From the sequence record Ga0255760_10010317: 7,494 nucleotides of DNA; one strand, given 5' to 3'. Position numbers and translations under genes: made by a program. Position 1 is the first letter of the stretch. Every line of letters starts with the position of its first letter. Positions 1 to 6,702 of this stretch are shown one piece after another. Origin of the DNA: a metagenome. The notes under the pieces were generated by a model that saw only the letters and a program-made list of their open reading frames with translations, was not told the origin of the DNA and made no database searches.

Positions 1-1
1 C

Positions 2-1441
2 GCCGCCGGCGCCATCGACGTCATCCGGGGCGACGGAGACGATGACGACGACGATGATTGCGCCGAGGTCGACGCGCTGGCGCTGGCACCGAAAACGCCG
101 CCGTCTCATGACGAGGCGATCGTCGACGGACCCGCGAGACAAGGCTGTCGCTTGCTTATTGCCGGCGAACCGGGCAACGGGCAACGCGAAATCGTCGACG
201 TCCTGCTCAACGCGTTGAGTGGCACTTCGACGCATTTAATCAGTCTTACTTCCCTCATAGCCTGCGGAGACGGAGACGCACATCATGGCGTCGGACCGGC
301 GCTGCTCGAACCTCTCAGACAGGCGACCCGAACGAGGACGACGCTCATCATGCCGGATTTAGAATTGTGGGCCCTGGCGCAAACCGCCGAGCCAGATGGA
401 GAAACCTTGGGCGTCACCACCAGCGCCCTGTGGGACCTCGTGCAGAGCACGGTTTCGGATTGTTACCCCGCGTCCTCCTCGGGAGAAGGTGGGCTCTACG
501 TCATCGCGTCCGTCAATCTACCGAGCGAGGCGATTCCGGATGCAGTCAAGCACTTTTTTGCGTGCGATGGAGCGCTCGTGGACGTCGACCCCAGTCTGGA
601 CGCCGAAGCCGTCGAACGAACGATGCGTCGCGCGGCTGAGCACATCGCCGACGTCGACGTACCCGCGGTGTTCGCCGATTCGCGCTCGCACGTCGCGGCG
701 AGGTTTGTCGCGAGCGAGAAGATGCCTGAAAAACCGCCTGCGGATGACGAACAATCTCACGAGGCGGCGTGCGAGGCGCTTCGAATCCGAGTTCGACGAT
801 CTCGGGCGGTCGTTCGCGCGGCGATCGCCAAGTGCACGCGCGAACTACTCAAGACGCGCAAATACGATCGTTTCTTTGACAATTGCGCACAAGCGTCACG
901 ATTGATTGATCTCGCGCTCGACCGCAAGATTGGCGATCCAAATCGATTCGTCAGAGATTTGAGAGCGTGCGCCAAGGCTATGAAGCCGCGCAAAAACACG
1001 GCGGCGACGCTTCATAAACCGCTCGTATCTCTTGGATTCAACGCCGTGGACACGCTCGAGAGCTGGTTCCACCTCGGCGTGCGGGAACTCTACGAAGAGT
1101 ACGCGGCGAGAGACGAGGAGTACGACGCCGCGCTCGTCGAATCATCAAAGGCGACGAACAATTACAATCTCCCAGGCGTCGTCGCGCGAAATCCCGAACA
1201 ACCGGAAAAACAAGAGGCTGACGATGACAACGACGACGACGGTGAAGAAACGGCTAAGAAACCGCCGCCGCTTCCGACGCGTCGACCGAGAGACGACATC
1301 ATCGCGGACGCGTACTCCGCGCTCTCCACGAACCTCGCGTCGAAAACCGCCAAATCCGTCGAAGACATTCGTAGAGTCATCGACGCCGCGCGTCTGCGAA
1401 TACGCGACGACGAGCGTCGCCGAGTCATCTCCGCCGTCTGA
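2..1441 (+). CDS. ATAD2/Yta7-type AAA+ ATPase, C-terminal portion (5' end lies outside the window): degenerate second AAA module plus divergent bromodomain-like tail
   Basis: The frame is open from nt 2. There is no stop before nt 152, and the ORF-track start at 152 is a TTG, not an ATG. Stop TGA at 1439-1441. The translation CRLLIAGEPGNGQREIVDVLLNAL resembles, from memory, the inactive D2 P-loop of ATAD2 (RLLIVGEPGFGQ) and Yta7 (RLLINGPKGNGQ), with the Walker-A Lys replaced by Gln. Later TLIMPDLELW and EALRIRVRR are collinear with ATAD2 segments. G/C-ending codons match the other genes here. Confidence 0.7.
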   Translation, partial: AAGAIDVIRGDGDDDDDDDCAEVDALALAPKTPPSHDEAIVDGPARQGCRLLIAGEPGNGQREIVDVLLNALSGTSTHLISLTSLIACGDGDAHHGVGPALLEPLRQATRTRTTLIMPDLELWALAQTAEPDGETLGVTTSALWDLVQSTVSDCYPASSSGEGGLYVIASVNLPSEAIPDAVKHFFACDGALVDVDPSLDAEAVERTMRRAAEHIADVDVPAVFADSRSHVAARFVASEKMPEKPPADDEQSHEAACEALRIRVRRSRAVVRAAIAKCTRELLKTRKYDRFFDNCAQASRLIDLALDRKIGDPNRFVRDLRACAKAMKPRKNTAATLHKPLVSLGFNAVDTLESWFHLGVRELYEEYAARDEEYDAALVESSKATNNYNLPGVVARNPEQPEKQEADDDNDDDGEETAKKPPPLPTRRPRDDIIADAYSALSTNLASKTAKSVEDIRRVIDAARLRIRDDERRRVISAV

Positions 1442-1486
1442 TACCGCGCGCGTGAACACGCATCGATTATTCATCACGCAATTTAA

Positions 1487-1491
1487 TGTAA
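1487..1491 (+). terminator. TGTAA, candidate green-algal polyadenylation signal for the ATAD2-like gene
   Basis: TGTAA lies 46 nt after the stop at 1441 in an AT-richer patch. TGTAA is the established chlorophyte poly(A) signal. A 5-mer is weak evidence alone, but the same placement recurs after three other genes in this window. Confidence 0.4.
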
Positions 1492-1656
1492 TCTAAACCG
1501 CCCGGCGACGCGCGCGCGACATCCCGGGTCGCGAAAGAAATCATCAACTCTCCGACAGAAGAGTCACTTTTTCCAACTTTCGCGAGACAGTTGCAAAAAG
1601 AGCATCCATCGATTCAGAATCAGAATCAATCTCTTCAGACCCCGACTCGACTCGAC

Positions 1657-2325
1657 ATGGGCGCCGCCCTCACCGCGTGTCTCGCCTCGTCCTCGTCCGC
1701 GTCGTCGTCTTCGGCCGCCGATCGCGCACCGCCGTCGCTTCGCGTCAACGACGTCGACCGAGCCGTGCTCGAGCTCAAACAAACTCGAGAGCGAATGACC
1801 TCCACCATCGCGCGCGTCGACGTCGAAATCGCCCGCGACGTCGCCGACTTGGCGCTCGCTCGCGAAATGCGCGATGTGACGTCGTGCAAGCGCGCGCTCG
1901 CGGGAAAACGCGCGCGAGAGGCGCTGAGAACGAAGCTCGCGGGATTCGCGTCGGCGTGCGAGACGTCTCTGCGAGAGATTGACGCCGCGCAGGCGACCAA
2001 GTCGACGCTCGACGCGTTGAGGTGTGGAAACGCGGCGTTGAAGGAAATTCAAACCGCGTGTGGAGACGTCGAGGCGTTGGCGGCGGATGCGGGGAGGATT
2101 AAGCGGTGGTTTGAGGTTTTGGGCGAGGCGTCGCCGGTGACGGATGAAGACGTCGACCAGGAATACGCCGCGTTGGTCGCCGCGGAAGAGGAGTCTGCCG
2201 TGGTCGAGCTCCCGGACGCACCGAAGGGGTTCAGCGTTGCGTTAGAGGAAGAAGTAGTAGAAGAGCACGCCGACTTGGGGGCGGAGGCGCAGAAAATGAA
2301 AGTCGTCGTCACAGAGCCGGCGTAA
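1657..2325 (+). CDS. VPS20: ESCRT-III subunit VPS20/CHMP6 (Snf7 family)
   Basis: First ATG of the ORF (the track start at 1591 is TTG). The N-terminus MGAALT fits an N-myristoylation signal (Gly2, Thr6), as in CHMP6. DRAVLELKQTRERM is collinear with CHMP6 DKAILQLKQQRDKL. A helical, charged Snf7-like core follows. C-terminal AVVELPDAPKG resembles the CHMP6 MIM2 motif (IELPEVPSEP). Stop TAA at 2323-2325. Confidence 0.85.
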   Translation: MGAALTACLASSSSASSSSAADRAPPSLRVNDVDRAVLELKQTRERMTSTIARVDVEIARDVADLALAREMRDVTSCKRALAGKRAREALRTKLAGFASACETSLREIDAAQATKSTLDALRCGNAALKEIQTACGDVEALAADAGRIKRWFEVLGEASPVTDEDVDQEYAALVAAEEESAVVELPDAPKGFSVALEEEVVEEHADLGAEAQKMKVVVTEPA

Positions 2326-2333
2326 AGAGCCGC

Positions 2334-2338
2334 TGTAA
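2334..2338 (+). terminator. TGTAA, candidate poly(A) signal for VPS20
   Basis: TGTAA lies 9 nt after the VPS20 stop and 52 nt before the next ATG. Confidence 0.35.
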
Positions 2339-2389
2339 GAAGCGCGGGTTCTTCACACGCCGACGCGGTCTGGTTTCGGGCGACGAAAC

Positions 2390-3601
2390 ATGCGTGCGAC
2401 GACGACGACGACGATGATGTCGCGTGTCGTGTCGACGTCCTCGGCGATGTACGTCGACGCGCGCGCGCTTCGGCGTCGACGTGAAGGGCGTCTTCGAGCG
2501 TCGAGGGCTCGGGCGAGGTCCTTCTTCGGTCGAAACGACGCCGAGCAGTGGCTGGCGCCGCGCGACGATTCCGATTCGTCGGACGAGACGGGCGAAAAGA
2601 AATCGTCGTCGTCGTCGTCGGTCGACGATGCGTTGCGCGCGTTGGCGGCGCAGAGGCGCGGGTTGACGCTCTTTGAGGCGGAGATGCGAAAAGATGAAGA
2701 AGAGATAGACTTGCTCGCCGCGGCGTGCTACGTAGCCATGCATAAAAACCCCAGCCTGAATGTCGAAGAGGTTCGGAAAACGATTGAGGATATGGCACGA
2801 GCGATCGAGGAGCGCGTCTCGCGCGAGCTCGGGGACGGCGAACGGTTCCCTCTGAGGACAATCAAGACGATTTCTCGGTGCTTTGCGGATGAGCTCGGGT
2901 TTCGTGGCAACTCTGACGATTACTACGACCCCGATAACTCGTGCGTGGACGTCGTGCTGCGGCGAAAAGTTGGAATTCCTATCACGCTTTGTCTCATTTA
3001 CATGGAGATAGCGGAGCGCGTGCGCGTGGACGGCGTGCGAGGGTGGGTGGATGTCGGGATTCCGGGCCATCTGCTGTGTCGACCCGTGGCGGGGGAAGAC
3101 GTCGCGATTCTCGTCGATCCCTTTAATCGCGGCGACGTCTTGTTCATCGAAGAGGTAGAGGACATATTGTCAAAAAATTCGTCGGGATTCCTGGGTGGGG
3201 GCACCACCAAGGTGCAGATTGAGCGAAGCTTTTTTGAACAAACCGAGGTGAGGAAAAAGGCATTTCTGACGAGAATGCTGGGTAATCTCAAGTCGATTTA
3301 CTTTAGTCTCGAAGAGTACGACACGGCGCTGCAAATCACAGAGTACATGACGCTGTGTAATCCGTACGATTCGCTCAGGGCACCGCTCGCGCGAACCATG
3401 GGTTTACTTTACTTTAAGACGGAGCGTTGGATGGACGCGCTTGACGCGCTCAACAAGTACGCCGCGATGCCAGACGCCGAATTGGACGACGAGTTTTACG
3501 CATACTTGGAGCAAATATCCCGCGTCTTGACTCTCGAAAGGGACGTCGTTCTTGATGATGATGAAGATGATGATGATGAGGATGAAGAAGAGGAGGCTTA
3601 G
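2390..3601 (+). CDS. SirB1/UPF0162-type transglutaminase-like domain protein with C-terminal TPR-like helices, Arg/Ser/Thr-rich N-terminal extension and poly-acidic tail
   Basis: True ATG at 2390, stop TAG at 3599-3601. The core ELGFRGNSDDYYDPDNSCVDVVLRRKVGIPITLCLIYMEIAERV...GIPGHLLCRP...VDPFNRGDVL matches the remembered signature of the bacterial SirB1/YchA and eukaryotic FBXO21-type transglutaminase-like core (YYDP.NS...VL.RR.GIPI.L..LY.E.A.R....PGH.L.R...DPF..G). The following region (NLKSIYFSLEEYDTALQITEYM...ERWMDALDALNKY) looks TPR-like. Confidence 0.8.
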   Translation: MRATTTTTMMSRVVSTSSAMYVDARALRRRREGRLRASRARARSFFGRNDAEQWLAPRDDSDSSDETGEKKSSSSSSVDDALRALAAQRRGLTLFEAEMRKDEEEIDLLAAACYVAMHKNPSLNVEEVRKTIEDMARAIEERVSRELGDGERFPLRTIKTISRCFADELGFRGNSDDYYDPDNSCVDVVLRRKVGIPITLCLIYMEIAERVRVDGVRGWVDVGIPGHLLCRPVAGEDVAILVDPFNRGDVLFIEEVEDILSKNSSGFLGGGTTKVQIERSFFEQTEVRKKAFLTRMLGNLKSIYFSLEEYDTALQITEYMTLCNPYDSLRAPLARTMGLLYFKTERWMDALDALNKYAAMPDAELDDEFYAYLEQISRVLTLERDVVLDDDEDDDDEDEEEEA

Positions 3602-3612
3602 AGAATTTTATT

Positions 3613-3628
3613 AGTTTTTAGTTTTTAG
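3613..3628. repeat. Tandem AGTTTTT x2 (+AG) inside the 60-bp gap between convergent stop codons
   Basis: Read directly: TTAGTTTTTAGTTTTTAGG at 3611-3629. This is the AT-richest stretch between the stops at 3601 (+) and 3662 (-) and probably part of a shared 3'-end region. Confidence 0.5.
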
Positions 3629-3661
3629 GTAGCACTACAAATCATTTCGTCATCGTCTCTC

Positions 3662-4210
3662 TCAACACTGCCTCGCCCGTCGCGCGTTGAGCTTTTTATT
3701 CTTCTTCTTCTTCTTCCTCGCCGCGGTTCCTATCCGCACCACCGCGTCCTCTCCTCCTCGGGCGTCTTTCCCGGCGGCGCGCTTTTTCCCTCGTCGTCCA
3801 TCCTCCTCTTCTCCTCCATCGAACGTCAACTTCCCAATAACCCCACCGCTCGTCGACGCCACGACGTGTTCACCCTCTTCCCCAGCTACCATCCCAGCCC
3901 CTTGCGCCCGCGCCGCCGCTTTATACGCCCCGACATCCAACGTCGCGCGCGGCTTTATCCTCGGTTCCGGTTCCGGCGACTCCCCGCGAATCGTCATCAC
4001 CCGCTCCAATTCCGTCCTTCGGTCCAACGTTTGCCCGTTCACCGCCGTCGCCTTTTCCATCTCCTCAAGTTCTGCCATCTTCGACGCGATGTACGCCTCC
4101 TTGGCGACGAACGCTTCGGTGCGCGCGCGTTTCTTCACAGCCGCCACGCGCGCGTTGTGGTGGTACTTGCGCGTCAATCCCTTTGTTCGCGTTCCTTTCG
4201 GGCACGGCAT
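3662..4210 (-). CDS. Small Lys/Arg-rich protein of unknown family (182 aa from ATG 4210), with basic N-terminus, predicted coiled segment and KKKKKNKK C-terminal patch; nuclear or nucleolar localisation is a guess
   Basis: Minus-strand ORF with stop TGA (tca at 3662-3664). The ATG at 4208-4210 gives MPCPKGTRTKGLTRKYHH... with A at -3. An earlier in-frame ATG at 4322-4324 would add 38 aa, so the start is ambiguous. The track start at 4402 is TTG. G/C-ending codon choice matches neighbouring genes, and the opposite-strand ORF (3687-4310) is low-complexity Ser/Pro/Phe. No named family recognised. Confidence 0.5.
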   Translation of the reverse strand: MPCPKGTRTKGLTRKYHHNARVAAVKKRARTEAFVAKEAYIASKMAELEEMEKATAVNGQTLDRRTELERVMTIRGESPEPEPRIKPRATLDVGAYKAAARAQGAGMVAGEEGEHVVASTSGGVIGKLTFDGGEEEDGRRGKKRAAGKDARGGEDAVVRIGTAARKKKKKNKKLNARRARQC

Positions 4211-4576
<366 letters not shown>

Positions 4577-4580
<4 letters not shown>

Positions 4581-5911
4581 GTGAAAGAATGAATGGATTT
4601 CAACCAACGAACACGAACACGGATCGACTGACGCACGCGACACTACCGTTCGACCGACGCAGGCGGGATAAACTCGAGCAACACTCGTTGTGGCTCGAAA
4701 GGGAAAGCTCTGTAGACGACGTCGTCGGGAGTGGTGAGCGAACGCCGACGACGCCTTCGGGGAGTTCCATCGCGCGTTCGAGCTCGGTTTCGGTTTCAAC
4801 GCGGCACCCGACGAGCGCGGCGCGACCGACGCGCGCATCGTTGGCGAGGGAAAAACTCGTAGAGGAGACGACGCGCGCGTCTGGGGCGTCGAGAGCGGCG
4901 GCGACGCCGTTAGTGTTGAGCGGGGAGGCGTTGCGTCGGGCGACGGAGCGGTTGCACGCCGGGGCTGGTTCGAGGAGTCCGAGGAGGAGCGCATACGTAG
5001 ACGAGGAGTGCACATTCACGCCGAAGATTGGTGCGTTGAGTCGACGCATGGCGGCGGAACAGCGTCGACGGGGGGAGAGCGCGCGCGCCACCGCTACCAA
5101 GAAGACGCCGACGCTGACGCCGACGCCAAAGGAACCAGTCGATTTGGGCACCAGAAGCGCCGAGGCGCAAAAACAAAACGCCGCCGAAACGCCGCCATCG
5201 ATGCCGAAACGGGTCGTCGCCGAGAAGAAGAAGAAGGAAAACCGGCAGACGAAGGATGATGACGAGGATGCGAAGGAGTGCACGTTTACGCCACGCATCG
5301 GTAGACGATCGAGGGCGCTCTCAGAGGCGCTCTTGAAGAAGGCTTCGATGCCTACGTCGTTTGTCGAGCGTTCAAAGATTTGGGCAGACCGAAAGGAACA
5401 CATCTTGGAGGCGGAGCGCGAGGCAAAGCTCGAGGATGAGGTGCGCGACTGCACGTTTCACCCCCAGCAGGTTACGGCGGCGGCGACTCGAGTCGCCGAA
5501 GACGAGCCGAACTCGGTGGCGACTCCGCCGTCGGTGGAAATTTCTGGATTGGACGCCTACCTCGCCCGCCAGGAGCGCGCGCGACGCCTACGAGAAGAAA
5601 AGAATGCAATTCTAAACCGTTTCGACGGCGCGTCGTGGACGCCCGAACCCACGGTTCCGAAAGAGTTTGAATTTCACTCGGTCGGCGCCTCGAAGAAGAC
5701 TTGTTCGTCGTCAAAGTCGCCCGAATCTTTGTCGCCCGCGCCCGGACAAGGCGTCTCCGCGTGGCGGTCTCCAGCCTACGTGGAGGCTCGAGCTAAGCTT
5801 CGATTACTACACGGATCGACAACTTCACGGGCGGCGCGCCGAGCGGCTGCTTCCGCCGCCGGCGCTCACCCAGCTGACGTCGAAGGCGTGTCGGCGCAAC
5901 CGTCGGCGTAG
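4577..5911 (+). CDS. Uncharacterised Ser/Arg/Ala-rich protein (444 aa) with three CTFxPxIG-type short repeats and a TPX2-like PKEFEFHS motif
   Basis: First in-frame ATG (the track start at 4385 is TTG), stop TAG at 5909-5911. Repeats are DEECTFTPKIG (5000-5032), KECTFTPRIG (5273-5302) and RDCTFHPQQV (5444-5473). The first two are followed by a basic Ser/Arg-rich tract (ALSRRMAAEQRRR; RRSRALSEALLKK). The recurrence of a Cys-Thr-Phe-x-Pro motif in one frame argues that this strand and frame are coding, rather than the long antisense ORFs. Confidence 0.65.
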
Positions 5912-5996
5912 AGCGGCTCCGAACGTCCCCGACGTCGTGCAGCGATACGTAGGCATCGATGCGGTACCGCACCGTCGCGAGATTAAAACAAGTATT

Positions 5997-6001
5997 TGTA
6001 A
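5997..6001 (+). terminator. TGTAA, candidate poly(A) signal for the repeat-protein gene
   Basis: First TGTAA downstream of the stop at 5911 (86 nt), within ATTAAAACAAGTATTTGTAACACC. Confidence 0.35.
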
Positions 6002-6214
6002 CACCAGAGACGGATGTATGATCTCACCTACGCGTTCGTCGTTCGCGTCGTTCATGTCGATCGATCGTCCCCAGCAGTGTTCGCGTGACGAGCGAGCGAG
6101 GCGGTGCGACGAACCGTCGCGTTTTTGTAGTTCTCGGGAGGACTGGAAAAATTTAGTTCGGACAAACGATGCATTCAAAGTTGTACATACTTTATTTTCT
6201 AAATCCATAGTACT

Positions 6215-6247
6215 TAATACTATCTATATATAAATATGATAGTATTA
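6215..6247. repeat. Inverted repeat (10-bp arms TAATACTATC / GATAGTATTA, 13-nt TA-rich loop)
   Basis: Read directly: arms at 6215-6224 and 6238-6247 are perfect reverse complements, with loop TATATATAAATAT. Located in the AT-richest part of the window. Confidence 0.7.
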
Positions 6248-6288
6248 GAACTCGGACAGTTGAACCGTATTATAAATTATTCCGCCGT

Positions 6289-6306
6289 AAATCCAGGGGG
6301 ATGCCG
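6289..6306 (-). repeat. 18-nt direct duplicate of the tRNA-Pro 3' end plus trailer (solo fragment)
   Basis: AAATCCAGGGGGATGCCG at 6289-6306 is identical to 6372-6389. The latter covers 3 nt of the T-stem, the 7-nt 3' acceptor strand, the discriminator, the 4-nt trailer and 3 nt of the T-run of the tRNA gene. Similarity decays immediately beyond the repeat. Confidence 0.85.
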
Positions 6307-6368
6307 GAACTAAACATTTGTCATAAAAGTCGGACATTTGACACATACTTAAGGAGAAATAAGCCTAT

Positions 6369-6374
6369 AAAAAA
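6369..6374 (-). terminator. RNA polymerase III terminator (T6 on the minus strand)
   Basis: AAAAAA on the plus strand is TTTTTT on the minus strand, 4 nt downstream of the tRNA discriminator base. This is the established Pol III termination signal. Confidence 0.8.
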
Positions 6375-6378
6375 TCCA

Positions 6379-6492
6379 GGGGGATGCCGCGAATCGAACG
6401 CGGGGCCTCTCCCATGTTCATTCTAGCGCTCTTCAGCGCTGGGTCGTTCGACGAGACCCGAAGGGAGAATCATACCACTAGACCACATCCCC
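6379..6492 (-). tRNA. tRNA-Pro (anticodon CGG) with a 42-nt intron at the canonical 37/38 position
   Basis: Hand-folded from the reverse complement. Acceptor GGGGATG/CATCCCC has 7 bp. The D-arm GTCTAGTGGTATGAT is nearly identical to the canonical eukaryotic tRNA-Pro D-arm. Anticodon stem CTCCC/GGGAG has loop TT-CGG-G[intron]T. Variable loop is AGGCC. T-arm is CCGCG-TTCGATT-CGCGG. Discriminator is C, no encoded CCA, and a T6 terminator follows. The mature length is 72 nt. A-box (TGGTCTAGTGG) and B-box (GTTCGATTC) are present. Confidence 0.9.
6415..6456 (-). other. tRNA intron (42 nt)
   Basis: Minus-strand sequence TCTCGTCGAACGACCCAGCGCTGAAGAGCGCTAGAATGAACA lies between G37 and T38. It contains a perfect hairpin AGCGCT-GAAG-AGCGCT, and a GACCC segment complementary to GGGTC spanning the anticodon/5' splice site, as expected for pairing between the intron and the anticodon region. 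Confidence 0.8.
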
Positions 6493-6504
6493 GTAGATTG
6501 ATGG

Positions 6505-6523
6505 GTTTAAGCAGTGCTTAAAC
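6505..6523. repeat. 19-nt near-perfect palindrome GTTTAAGCA-G-TGCTTAAAC just upstream of the tRNA gene
   Basis: Read directly: 9-bp arms at 6505-6513 and 6515-6523, starting 13 nt upstream of tRNA position +1 on the minus strand. Further short stems follow (ACACG/CGTGT at 6522-6538; GTGGGT/ACCCAC at 6537-6567). Confidence 0.7.
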
Positions 6524-6697
6524 ACGCATCTGACGTGTGGGTAGAATCGTAAAATATTTCGACCCACGAGCTAGGTGAGTGATGCGTAAAGATTCACGGG
6601 TGTATTTTGAGTGCCCGTTGGGGACTGTAAATGTATTTTACCACATTGGTGTATGAAATGACGATTTATGAACGATGCATGAAATAAAGAGGCTGTT

Positions 6698-6702
6698 TTT
6701 AC
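6698..6702 (-). terminator. TGTAA (minus strand), candidate poly(A) signal for KRI1
   Basis: Plus-strand TTACA at 6698-6702 is minus-strand TGTAA, about 62 nt downstream of the KRI1 stop codon at 6764-6766. Confidence 0.35.

Noticed and set aside
1564-2052. Minus-strand ORFs (1564-2052 and 1635-2000) and the plus-strand alternative-frame ORF at 1677-1982, all overlapping VPS20
   Set aside because: They overlap a confidently identified Snf7-family frame, and their translations are Arg-rich low complexity.
2049-3070. Long minus-strand ORFs (2049-2861, 270 aa; 2309-3070, 253 aa) antisense to VPS20 and the SirB1-like gene
   Set aside because: The translations are Arg/Ser/Thr/Pro low-complexity with no motifs. 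They lie opposite ORFs with clear family signatures. Long stop-free antisense frames are expected in GC-rich coding DNA.
5825-6208. Minus-strand ORF of 127 aa with a true ATG at 6208, in the otherwise unexplained intergenic island
   Set aside because: The first third uses A/T-ending codons unlike every confident gene here. The last 87 nt would overlap the C-terminus of the convergent plus-strand gene, and there is no recognisable motif. It is most likely non-coding, though RNA-seq or ribosome profiling could revisit it.
5667-6233. Plus-strand ORF of 188 aa running from inside the repeat-protein gene into the AT-rich island
   Set aside because: It is an alternative frame of a supported CDS and then continues into AT-rich sequence. 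The translation is Arg-rich low complexity with no motif.
6289-6306. The tRNA fragment as half of a permuted or split tRNA gene (known in some picoalgae)
   Set aside because: Only 18 nt match (acceptor 3' strand, 3 nt of T-stem, trailer). Upstream of it there is no T-arm, anticodon arm or BHB-forming partner, and it lies downstream of an already complete tRNA gene.
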